Positions 1 through 8,243 of a DNA stretch of 64,000 bases are shown here, one piece after another. Numbering within the stretch: the stretch's first letter is position 1; every line of letters starts with the position of its first letter. A program made the translations under genes and the position numbers. The stretch covers positions 1,196-65,195 of the forward strand of contig CALHUY010000052.1 of assembly GCA_938039295.1 (NCBI GenBank), given 5' to 3'. The notes beneath the pieces are model-generated. The model saw nothing but the letters and a program-made list of their open reading frames with translations. It searched no databases and was not told where the DNA came from. The DNA comes from an uncultured Solobacterium sp. Lineage in GTDB: Bacteria; Bacillota_I; Bacilli_A; Erysipelotrichales; Erysipelotrichaceae.

Positions 1-61
1 CGAGGGAGATCATATCAACTTAGGACGTGCAGAAATCGTCATCAACCAAATTATTGACTAA
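1..61 (+). CDS. 3' end of an unidentified upstream gene (partial; ...GDHINLGRAEIVINQIID*)
   Basis: Frame 2 stays open from the window edge to TAA at 59-61. A hairpin plus T-run follows immediately. Confidence 0.3.
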   Translation, partial: EGDHINLGRAEIVINQIID

Positions 62-86
62 AGATGCTTGCAAGCATCTTTTTTAA
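61..86 (+). terminator. rho-independent terminator (AAGATGCTTGCAAGCATCTT + TTTT)
   Basis: Perfect 8-bp stem with 4-nt loop followed by a T-run. Near-copy of the hairpin at 424-449. Confidence 0.6.
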
Positions 87-152
87 CTTCTCACAAAAAC
101 AGGATAAATCTATTCGAAATATCCTGCCTTTTCTATAAATATTCAATTTAAT

Positions 153-317
153 TTAATACTGCTTATTTTGTGTTCTACGATATATAAATATAAATAAAAG
201 AGAAAGTATAATCGTAATCAAAAAGGAAAGCTCTGGTAATTTCATTTTAAATAAGAAATATTGTTGTATTCCATTAATTACTGCATATATCACAAACAAT
301 TTTATGTCATTCTTCAT
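153..317 (-). CDS. small hydrophobic protein (54 aa, MKNDIKLFVIYAVINGIQQYFLFKMKLPELSFLITIILSLLFIFIYRRTQNKQY), not in ORF track
   Basis: Hand translation of the minus strand. Strong RBS AAGGGGGAG 5 nt before the ATG. Two hydrophobic segments. Sits between two similar hairpins. Confidence 0.3.
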   Translation of the reverse strand: MKNDIKLFVIYAVINGIQQYFLFKMKLPELSFLITIILSLLFIFIYRRTQNKQY

Positions 318-423
318 TTTTTCTCCCCCTTTGTTATATCTAATTAAATTGTATGCCTATCGTGGATAAATAACTAGACTTCACACTCCTGTTTCTAAGT
401 TGCATAATTACTCATATTGTTCA

Positions 424-449
424 ATGATGCTTACGAGCATCTTTTTTTC
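424..449 (+). terminator. hairpin GATGCTTACGAGCATC + T7 (terminator-like; paralog of the 61-86 hairpin)
   Basis: Inverted repeat followed by TTTTTTT on the + strand. No obvious + strand gene between the two hairpins. Confidence 0.45.
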
Positions 450-497
450 TGATTCTATACAATAATGATGTATGATTAACGGGTATGGAGGTTCACT

Positions 498-3395
498 ATG
501 AATTTAGAACTAAACAACAAGCTACATGGATTTGTCCTTGAACAAATCAAAGATATTGAAGACGCAAAAGGAACTTTATATATGTTCCGTCACGAACAAA
601 CAAACGCAGAACTCTGCTGGTTAAAACGTGATGACAACAACAAGACTTTTGCGATTACTTTTAAAACAATCCCTGATAACGATACAGGTGTTTTCCACAT
701 TCTAGAACACAGTGTTTTAAATGGTTCAAAGAAATATCCTGTACGTGAACCATTTGTAGAACTATTAAAGAGTAGTTTACAAACATTCTTAAATGCTTTT
801 ACGTATCCAGATAAAACAATGTATCCGGTAAGTAGCCGCAACAACAAAGACTACATGAACCTCATTTCTGTATATATGGATGCGGTATTCCAACCGGCCA
901 TCTACACAAACCCAAATATCTTCTTACAAGAAGGTTGGCATTATCAGATTCATGATGTAAATGAAGAGATGGAATATAGTGGTGTTGTACTCAACGAGAT
1001 GAAGGGTGCCTTCTCCTCTGTTGATGAAACAATCGTAGATGAACTCAATCGTATGTTATTCCCTGACAACTGCTATAAGTATGTATCTGGTGGTGACCCA
1101 CGTTATATTACAGATTTAACATACGAACAATTTATTGAAACACACCAAAAGTTCTATCATCCATCCAATGCTCGTATTTGGGTAGATGGTAACTTAGATA
1201 TTGATGAAGTACTTCGCTTTATCCATGAAGAATACTTTGTTAACTATCAAAAGGAAGAAATGGATTTTGCAATACCGATGCAGAAGGTTCTACCAGCTGT
1301 ACACAATTGTATCTCCTACGAAGTCAGTGAAAATGAACCTACAGAAAATCGCTCTCATATCTCTTTTGCGAAGATTATTTCTACATACGATTCTTATGTA
1401 CAGAATATCGCATGGTCTGCACTATCTTCTACATTAGTAGCCAACAATGAATCACCACTAAAAAAAGCTATCCTCGATAACAACCTTGGTGAAGATGTTG
1501 ATTTAGACTTATATGATGGTATCCAACAGCCGTGGCTCGTCTTAACTATTCGTAATACAGACGCAGAGAAGTATGATGCAATTCATGAAACACTACGCTC
1601 TACAACAAGCGAGCTTGTAGAGAATGGCTTAGACCATGAAGAACTACACGCAATCATCAACCAGATGGAATTCCGTTACCGTGAGAGTCACGAACCTGCG
1701 GGACTAATGTATGGACAACGTGCAATGGATAGTTGGTTATATGGTGGTGATCCAGCAGAACCATTATCCAATGGGAAGATATTCGATATCCTACGTGAAA
1801 AGATTGAACAGGGATATTTTGAAGAACTCTTAGCATCCTTCTTATTAGATGAGGAACATCTAAACTCTCTTACAGTTGTGCCATCCACAACAATGGGTGC
1901 CCAGCGTATCGCAGATGAAAAGAAGCGCCTAGCAGATATCAAGGCTTCCAGCCAAGAGAATGTTCTAAAATATATCGAACAAAACAAGGCATTAGACCTT
2001 TGGCAACAATCTACCGACACAAAGGAACAGCTAGCTACCCTACCAAAGATTCATCTTTCAGAGATTGATGAAAAGCCAGAAGACCTTCCACTACAAATTG
2101 AAAAAGTACAGTCTGTTAAGACACTGGTTCACCCTGCACAAGAATCAGGTATTGTATACCTCTTCTTCTACTTCTCACTTGCAGGAATTACAATCAAACA
2201 TTTACCAGTAGTTGGATTATTTACCGATTTACTCATGAACCTACCAACTACAAAGAAGACAGTTCGCCAGTTACAACGCGCTGTACGCAAAGACCTTGGT
2301 TCATTAAATATCGTTACAGACGTATACTCACCAGATAACCGTTCTGATGCATGTATTCCAGTCCTTGCGGTATCCTGTTCTGTACTTGAAAGAAATGTAG
2401 ATAAGGTTGTTCCACTGATCTTAGAAGTAATCAAAGATACAAAGTTTACAAAGGAAGAAATCTTACCTATCCTCAAACAAGGCAACGAAGGCGCAAGACA
2501 ATCCATCATCATGAATGGACATTCCTTCGCAATGCGTCGTGTATCTGCACACCATAGTGCTGAAGGAGTATTCCGTGAATATATCGGTGGATATGAAAAT
2601 GCATTATTTAGTAAGCAGTTAGAAGATCACTACGATGAGATGATTGATGAAGTAATCAATGAGTTTGAAATGTATCAGGAAGTATTATTCTCTAAGGATC
2701 GTCTGATTGCGAGTATAACTGGTGAACATTTAGATATCGTAAAAGAATTCATCGCTGGTATCAATCGCATTGAAGCACAGGGTAACGTTGTACACTACCC
2801 ACTCTTACAAGAACCAAAAGAAGCACTACAGATTCCTGCAGGTATCTCCTACTCTGCCGCAGGTACTAACATCAAATCCTTCGACTTTGAATATGATCCA
2901 CGCTTGCAGGTAATCGCTCATCTATTGACCTACGATTATCTATGGACCGAAGTCCGTGTGAAAGGTAACGCGTATGGTACAGGCTTTAGCGCCAATCCAA
3001 ACGGAAATATCGCCGCATACTCCTATCGTGACCCAAGTCCTCTTCATTCTATCGAGGTCTACAGAGATACATACAAACGTATCAAGCAACTCGCAGAGGA
3101 TGAACATACTGATTTAGCTGGATACATCATTGGTACAATCGCTGCTGCAGAACCACTTCTATCACCAGCTGCGAAAGTACGTCTAGCAGATATTCGTTAT
3201 TTCCGTAATACCACATACGAAAACTTATGTGCTGCACGCAAGAAAGTTCTTTCTATGACAAGAGAAGATCTAGCAAGATACGTAGAACTCTTTGAAAAGG
3301 CATTACAAAATCCAACATCCTGCATTGTCGCAAACGCAGAAACAATTGAACAATGTAAGGAAGAAGGCTATACAATCCTTGATCCACTCTCTTAA
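498..3395 (+). CDS. M16C-family zinc metalloprotease (PreP/insulinase-like, 965 aa)
   Basis: Inverted zinc-binding motif HxxEH (FHILEHSVLNGSKKYP) near the N-terminus. Size and domain order typical of M16C. RBS GGAGG 7 nt upstream. Confidence 0.8.
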   Translation: MNLELNNKLHGFVLEQIKDIEDAKGTLYMFRHEQTNAELCWLKRDDNNKTFAITFKTIPDNDTGVFHILEHSVLNGSKKYPVREPFVELLKSSLQTFLNAFTYPDKTMYPVSSRNNKDYMNLISVYMDAVFQPAIYTNPNIFLQEGWHYQIHDVNEEMEYSGVVLNEMKGAFSSVDETIVDELNRMLFPDNCYKYVSGGDPRYITDLTYEQFIETHQKFYHPSNARIWVDGNLDIDEVLRFIHEEYFVNYQKEEMDFAIPMQKVLPAVHNCISYEVSENEPTENRSHISFAKIISTYDSYVQNIAWSALSSTLVANNESPLKKAILDNNLGEDVDLDLYDGIQQPWLVLTIRNTDAEKYDAIHETLRSTTSELVENGLDHEELHAIINQMEFRYRESHEPAGLMYGQRAMDSWLYGGDPAEPLSNGKIFDILREKIEQGYFEELLASFLLDEEHLNSLTVVPSTTMGAQRIADEKKRLADIKASSQENVLKYIEQNKALDLWQQSTDTKEQLATLPKIHLSEIDEKPEDLPLQIEKVQSVKTLVHPAQESGIVYLFFYFSLAGITIKHLPVVGLFTDLLMNLPTTKKTVRQLQRAVRKDLGSLNIVTDVYSPDNRSDACIPVLAVSCSVLERNVDKVVPLILEVIKDTKFTKEEILPILKQGNEGARQSIIMNGHSFAMRRVSAHHSAEGVFREYIGGYENALFSKQLEDHYDEMIDEVINEFEMYQEVLFSKDRLIASITGEHLDIVKEFIAGINRIEAQGNVVHYPLLQEPKEALQIPAGISYSAAGTNIKSFDFEYDPRLQVIAHLLTYDYLWTEVRVKGNAYGTGFSANPNGNIAAYSYRDPSPLHSIEVYRDTYKRIKQLAEDEHTDLAGYIIGTIAAAEPLLSPAAKVRLADIRYFRNTTYENLCAARKKVLSMTREDLARYVELFEKALQNPTSCIVANAETIEQCKEEGYTILDPLS

Positions 3396-3420
3396 AAACG
3401 GCTGAAAATGCCGTTTTTAT
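3396..3420 (+). terminator. rho-independent terminator (AACGGC-TGAAAAT-GCCGTT + TTTT)
   Basis: Stem-loop plus T-run directly after the M16 stop. Confidence 0.7.
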
Positions 3421-3516
3421 TGTATAAATGTGTCTAACTTTCACTAAAAATGAAATATTTTCAGGTTAGTTATTTCTAACATGCGAAAAAATCACAAACT
3501 TCTTTGAGCAAAGGTG

Positions 3517-3553
3517 TTGAATTCAAAATAAATCATTCTATAATGATAATAGT
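3517..3553 (+). promoter_or_regulatory. perR promoter (-35 TTGAAT 3517-3522, -10 TATAAT 3539-3544, 16-nt spacer) overlapped by a Per-box-like inverted repeat CTATAAT-G-ATAATAG
   Basis: Sigma-A-like hexamers. The 7-1-7 inverted repeat resembles the B. subtilis Per box TTATAATNATTATAA and overlaps the -10. Confidence 0.4.
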
Positions 3554-3562
3554 TCTCAATAA

Positions 3563-3991
3563 GTGGTGATTATGAAAAGAAGACAGACTTATCAAAAACA
3601 AGAAATATTAAATATTATCCAAGGAATTGGAACGCATATGACTGCGGAAGAAGTTAAGTCTGCTTTGGATCAAAAGGAGACCGGAATTGGTTTAGCAACT
3701 GTATATCGTAATCTCAATCTTCTCGTCCAAGAAGGTGTGATTCGTAAGTATACAGGTGAAGGCTATAACTTCTATGATGGTAATCCTGCTCCACACGATC
3801 ACTTACGTTGTACAAAGTGCGGAAAGATGATCGACCTTGGTGAAATGCCTTATGACTCTTGCCCAGATGAAAAGGTAGAAAAATTCACCGGTGGAAAAGT
3901 ATTCAGTCATGTCACTATTTTTGAGGGAATTTGCAAAGATTGTCTAAATGAGGAGGACACAAGCAATGGAATTAAAGGGTTCAAAAACTGA
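3563..3991 (+). CDS. perR: Fur-family peroxide-responsive repressor (PerR-like)
   Basis: Fur-family winged helix with an HDH regulatory-site motif and two CxxC pairs (CTKCG..., CKDCL). Translationally coupled to rubrerythrin. Confidence 0.75.
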   Translation: MVIMKRRQTYQKQEILNIIQGIGTHMTAEEVKSALDQKETGIGLATVYRNLNLLVQEGVIRKYTGEGYNFYDGNPAPHDHLRCTKCGKMIDLGEMPYDSCPDEKVEKFTGGKVFSHVTIFEGICKDCLNEEDTSNGIKGFKN

Positions 3992-4505
3992 AAAGAATTT
4001 AAATGATGCATTCGCTGGCGAGTCAATGGCTCGCAACAAGTACACTTTCTTCGCTGAAAAGGCTCGTGAAGAAGGTTACGAACAAATCGCAAACATCTTC
4101 TTAGAAACAGCACGTAACGAACAGGAACACGCTAAGCAGTGGTTCATCGCATTATGCGGTGGCGCTATCCCAACAACTCATGAATGCTTACAGATGGGTG
4201 TTGATGGTGAAAACTACGAGTGGACAGACATGTACAAGAGAATGGCTCAAGAAGCTCGTGAAGAAGGATTCACACGTATCGCAGCTCAGATGGACATGGT
4301 AGCTAAGGTTGAAAAGGAACACGAAGAAAGATACGAGAAGTTAAAGGCTAATGTCTTAAACTCTCAAGTATTCGAAAAGGACGAGCCAGTAGTATGGCAG
4401 TGCGAAATCTGTGGTTATACAATTGAGTCCAAGAAGGCTCCTAAGATTTGCCCACTCTGCAGCTACAAGGAAAGCTTCTTCGAAGTTAAGAAGGAAAATT
4501 ACTAA
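3966..4505 (+). CDS. rbr: rubrerythrin (ferritin-like diiron domain + C-terminal rubredoxin-like CxxC...CxxC)
   Basis: [29 protein letters not shown] is a classic rubrerythrin N-terminus. C-terminal CEICGY...CPLC. True start is ATG 3966 (RBS GAGGAGG at 3952-3958), not the ORF-track 3948. Overlaps the perR stop by 26 nt. Confidence 0.85.
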   Translation: MELKGSKTEKNLNDAFAGESMARNKYTFFAEKAREEGYEQIANIFLETARNEQEHAKQWFIALCGGAIPTTHECLQMGVDGENYEWTDMYKRMAQEAREEGFTRIAAQMDMVAKVEKEHEERYEKLKANVLNSQVFEKDEPVVWQCEICGYTIESKKAPKICPLCSYKESFFEVKKENY

Positions 4506-4518
4506 AATTTATCCCTTC

Positions 4519-4546
4519 GGATGGTATGAAAATACCATCTTTTTCT
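4519..4546 (+). terminator. rho-independent terminator (GATGGTAT-gaaa-ATACCATC + TTTTT)
   Basis: Stem-loop plus T-run after the rubrerythrin stop. Confidence 0.7.
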
Positions 4547-4580
4547 TTATGATTATGTTAGTGAAAAAGAGGAACATCAT

Positions 4581-5459
4581 ATGTCACAAGAAATCTATGT
4601 GAAACCCAAGAAAGTTACAGCCTTAAATATCCTACTTATTCTAATAGGATCATCTCTATACGCATTATCAGTAAACTTCTTTTTAGTACCTTTAAAGCTT
4701 TACTCTGGTGGAGTTCCTGGTACAGCACAGATGTTAAGAACAGTATTCTTTTCTAATGTGCATCATGTGGATACTGCAGGTCTGATCAACCTTGCGTTTA
4801 ATATCCCACTCTTTCTTCTTGCTTTAAAGAAGATGAAGAAACGCATGGTTGTAGGAACAGTGTTATCCGTCGCCTTACAAACAATTATCTTTACATATAT
4901 CATCGCCCCTACTGCACCTATCCTTGATGATAAACTTGCATGTATTGTCATTGCTGGATTATTGGGTGGCGTTGGATGCGGATTGATACTTACCAATAGT
5001 GCAAGTGCAGGAGGCTTAGATTTATTAGGTCTATATCTAAGTCATAAGTCAAAGAAGATTTCTGTAGGAATCTTTAATGTTATTTACAATATTATTCTAT
5101 ATACATTAATGGCAATACTATTTGATGTCTCAACTGCACTATACTCTATTATCTATATTGTTGTATTCTCTGTGACAATTGATCGTTGGCATTATCAAAA
5201 TATTGAAGTTGAACTTATGATTTTTACACATGTTCCTGAAGTTAAACAGATGATCATGCATGAATACGCAAGAGGTGTTACTTGTTGGGATGGTAAAGGT
5301 GCTTATACCAACAATCACACAGAAGTACTCGTTACAATTGTCGCAAAAAGTGAGGTTTCTTCCGTTCAAAGAGAGATCCGGAAACTTGATCCAAATGCCT
5401 TCGTAATCGCTCATACACGTGTTTCTGTATCCGGAGGATACCAAAAACGCCTAGTTTAG
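4581..5459 (+). CDS. YitT-family membrane protein (DUF161 TM core + C-terminal DUF2179)
   Basis: Five or six TM segments and a GGLDLLGLYLSHKS motif. Soluble C-terminal domain typical of YitT/DUF2179. Confidence 0.65.
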   Translation: MSQEIYVKPKKVTALNILLILIGSSLYALSVNFFLVPLKLYSGGVPGTAQMLRTVFFSNVHHVDTAGLINLAFNIPLFLLALKKMKKRMVVGTVLSVALQTIIFTYIIAPTAPILDDKLACIVIAGLLGGVGCGLILTNSASAGGLDLLGLYLSHKSKKISVGIFNVIYNIILYTLMAILFDVSTALYSIIYIVVFSVTIDRWHYQNIEVELMIFTHVPEVKQMIMHEYARGVTCWDGKGAYTNNHTEVLVTIVAKSEVSSVQREIRKLDPNAFVIAHTRVSVSGGYQKRLV

Positions 5460-5535
5460 CACTAAAAATGCGATAAATAGTGGATTTATTTTTTCTTTGT
5501 GATACATTTTTTATTGTAGAAATCGTGAGGAACAT

Positions 5536-6249
5536 ATGAAAACAACACATACAATTTTAATTGTGGATGACGATATAGATATTTTAGAAGCCCTGAAAAT
5601 CTATTTATCTAAAGACGAGTATCATTTATTAACTGCTCGAAATGGAAAAGATGCCGTCGATATCGTTAAATCAGAAACTGTGGATTTGGTATTAATGGAT
5701 ATTATGATGCCCATTATGGATGGCATTAAAGCAACCGAAGAAATTCGTAAACTTACAAATATCCCAATTATCTTACTAACTGCAAAGAGTGAGGATAGTG
5801 ATAAGGTTGCAGGTTTAGATTGCGGTGCTGATGACTATATCACAAAACCTTTCAATCCATCTGAAGTCTTAGCACGTATTAACTCACAGTTAAGAAGATA
5901 TCACCAACTCGGTGGCGTCAGTGCTGATTCAAATGAGCTTGTGATTGGTGGAATTGTTTTAGATGACTCCACAAAGAAAGTAACTGTTGATGATAACGAA
6001 GTTGCTCTAACACCTATGGAATTTGGTATTTTAAAGATGTTGATGAAACAGCCAGGAAAAGTATTTACTTCCGCTGAAATTTATAAAAATGTATGGAATG
6101 ATGAACCAATTGGTAGTGAATCTGTTATCGCTGTTCATATCCGTCACTTACGTGAAAAGATTGAGATTGATCCATCTGAGCCAAGATATATCAAAGTAGT
6201 TTGGGGACAAGGCTATAAGATGGAGGATAGTCATGAAAGAGCGCAGTAA
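5536..6249 (+). CDS. two-component response regulator, OmpR/PhoB family
   Basis: Receiver domain (ILIVDDD...D54-like...K) plus a C-terminal winged-helix (LTPMEFGILKMLM...). Confidence 0.85.
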   Translation: MKTTHTILIVDDDIDILEALKIYLSKDEYHLLTARNGKDAVDIVKSETVDLVLMDIMMPIMDGIKATEEIRKLTNIPIILLTAKSEDSDKVAGLDCGADDYITKPFNPSEVLARINSQLRRYHQLGGVSADSNELVIGGIVLDDSTKKVTVDDNEVALTPMEFGILKMLMKQPGKVFTSAEIYKNVWNDEPIGSESVIAVHIRHLREKIEIDPSEPRYIKVVWGQGYKMEDSHERAQ

Positions 6250-8197
6250 AAAAAGATTACGTTCAAGTTATATATGGAAAGTGATTGCTTTCCTTCTTTT
6301 TGCGCTTGCGGCTACACTAGATTTAATTGGTATGAATGCGATTGCGTACTTATCTACTGCCGGAGCCTACGATGGAATTTCTAGATATAGTGATACTGCG
6401 GACGCAAAAGCACGTGCAGCAGCCACTGCCAATAACTGCGTTTTATATGCATTAAGTATCGATTCATCTTATATTGGTGATTCGAATCGAAGTTATGACC
6501 GTGATAATTCTAATCTTGCGGTGGAAATCTATGATTTTGCCACGAATCAGCTAATCTATAAAAATTTTGATATAGAAGAATCCACATTGCATGGTACTGC
6601 CTATTTCTATGGCGATACTTCTGATGGTTATTTCCAAGATTACATTGATAAGAATAGTGTGCCAACATATCGTATTGAATATGCACTTGCGAAAGATTTA
6701 AGCGCAAAAGATGACTTCTACTATTGCGATACAGTTTATAACATCCAGTATAAATTCCGTTATATTGTATTCCCGATTGAATTAATCAGTATTATCGTCC
6801 TAATCGGCTCTGTTGTATTCCTATTCTATGGTTCAGGACACGTAGATGATAAACCGGGTATTACTTTAGCATGGATTGATAAGGTTCCTCTTGATATCTT
6901 TGCCTTTGTTGTTTTGCTTGTTTGGATAAACGCTAGTTACTATGTTTATAATCATGGTTTCCCCGATATCGCAATCAATTTCTATCAACAAGGATATTAT
7001 TACGGTTTTGCGAAAGCTAGTATCATTAAGTACATCATGGTAATTGTTGGAGGTGTAATCCCATTCCTGCAATTTACATTGTTGTTCTTCTTAAGTCTTG
7101 CGGCACGTATCAAATATGGCGATTGGTATAAGAATACATTAGTCTACTATATTGGAACAATTCTCTCAAATCTTCTACAGATTGGAGGATATTTCCCTAC
7201 TTTCTTATTAGGCTCCTTCGTATTCTGGGTTATATTCTACTTCTTAGTACAACTCCAACTATATGTATTGTTAGGTATCTTCTTATTTATCGCATCGTAC
7301 GCTCTATTCTGGCGTGCATATGAATCCGTACTCTTAAAGAAGGCAATTCATAAATTCGCAAATGGAGAAACTGATTTCTCATTTAGCACTTCAAAGTTAT
7401 CGAATTTCTTTAAAGTACAAGCAAACGACCTATACAAGATTAAAGACTTTGCGGAAGCGGCTGCTAGAAAATCAATTCGTGCTGAGCATTTGCAGAATGA
7501 ATTGATTACAAATGTCAGTCATGATATTAAGACTCCTCTTACTTCAATTATTAACTATGTTCATCTTTTGCAAAATGTTGAAGATCCAGAACAAGCCAAA
7601 AAATACTTAGCAGTATTAGAAAAACAATCAAAACGTCTTCAAAAATTAACAGAAGATCTCATCGAAGCCTCTAAGGCAAGTACCGGTAATATTACTGTTA
7701 ATATTATGCCAAATGATTTACATGAATTATTAGAACAGGCAATCGGGGAATACTCTGATCGTTTCGAAGCTTGTAAACTAGATATTGTGACAAACATTCC
7801 AGATAATGCACGGTCTGTCATGGCGGATGGAAGACTCTTGTGGCGCGTATTCTCTAATTTATTCTCTAACTTAGTAAAATATGCGCAACCAGAAACCAGA
7901 GTCTATATCAATAGTATTCGTACGATTGACAATAATATTATGATCTCAATTAAGAATGTTAGTCGTGAAGCACTCAATATTTCTGCAGAAGAGTTAACTC
8001 AGCGTTTTGTGCGTGGTGATGAATCTCGTCATAGCGAAGGTAGTGGACTAGGTCTCAATATTGTAGAGAATTTGGTGAACCTACAAAACGGTCATTTCAA
8101 TATCGTTATTGATGGCGACCTCTTTAGAACAAACATTATCTTGGCCGCAAAACCAGAAGAATTCACAAAGAAGAATTCTACAACAGAATCTAATTAA
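6233..8197 (+). CDS. sensor histidine kinase with a large polytopic (~9-10 TM) N-terminal domain
   Basis: H-box HDIKTPLTSI. N and G boxes (NLVKYAQ, GSGLGLNIVENL). Overlaps the RR gene by 17 nt. Confidence 0.8.
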   Translation: MKERSKKRLRSSYIWKVIAFLLFALAATLDLIGMNAIAYLSTAGAYDGISRYSDTADAKARAAATANNCVLYALSIDSSYIGDSNRSYDRDNSNLAVEIYDFATNQLIYKNFDIEESTLHGTAYFYGDTSDGYFQDYIDKNSVPTYRIEYALAKDLSAKDDFYYCDTVYNIQYKFRYIVFPIELISIIVLIGSVVFLFYGSGHVDDKPGITLAWIDKVPLDIFAFVVLLVWINASYYVYNHGFPDIAINFYQQGYYYGFAKASIIKYIMVIVGGVIPFLQFTLLFFLSLAARIKYGDWYKNTLVYYIGTILSNLLQIGGYFPTFLLGSFVFWVIFYFLVQLQLYVLLGIFLFIASYALFWRAYESVLLKKAIHKFANGETDFSFSTSKLSNFFKVQANDLYKIKDFAEAAARKSIRAEHLQNELITNVSHDIKTPLTSIINYVHLLQNVEDPEQAKKYLAVLEKQSKRLQKLTEDLIEASKASTGNITVNIMPNDLHELLEQAIGEYSDRFEACKLDIVTNIPDNARSVMADGRLLWRVFSNLFSNLVKYAQPETRVYINSIRTIDNNIMISIKNVSREALNISAEELTQRFVRGDESRHSEGSGLGLNIVENLVNLQNGHFNIVIDGDLFRTNIILAAKPEEFTKKNSTTESN

Positions 8198-8209
8198 TCC
8201 TATAAAAGT

Positions 8210-8243
8210 AAAGATGGAGATTACAATATTCTCCATCTTTTTC
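8210..8243. terminator. bidirectional terminator between convergent HK and addA (AGATGGAG...CTCCATCT + T-run)
   Basis: 8-bp stem with an A-rich 5' flank and a T-rich 3' flank. Confidence 0.6.

Noticed and set aside
590-3444. Several 60-115-aa minus-strand ORFs (590-847, 1688-2020, 2168-2512, 3253-3444) within the M16 protease gene
   Set aside because: All are antisense to a long, well-supported CDS with no RBS, and are typical shadow ORFs. The same applies to antisense ORFs inside gyrA (45487-45924, 46027-46293), dnaX, mnmG and mfd.
3948-3965. ORF-track start of rubrerythrin at 3948 ([10 protein letters not shown]...)
   Set aside because: Canonical rubrerythrin begins MELKGSK..., and the RBS GAGGAGG is positioned for ATG 3966.
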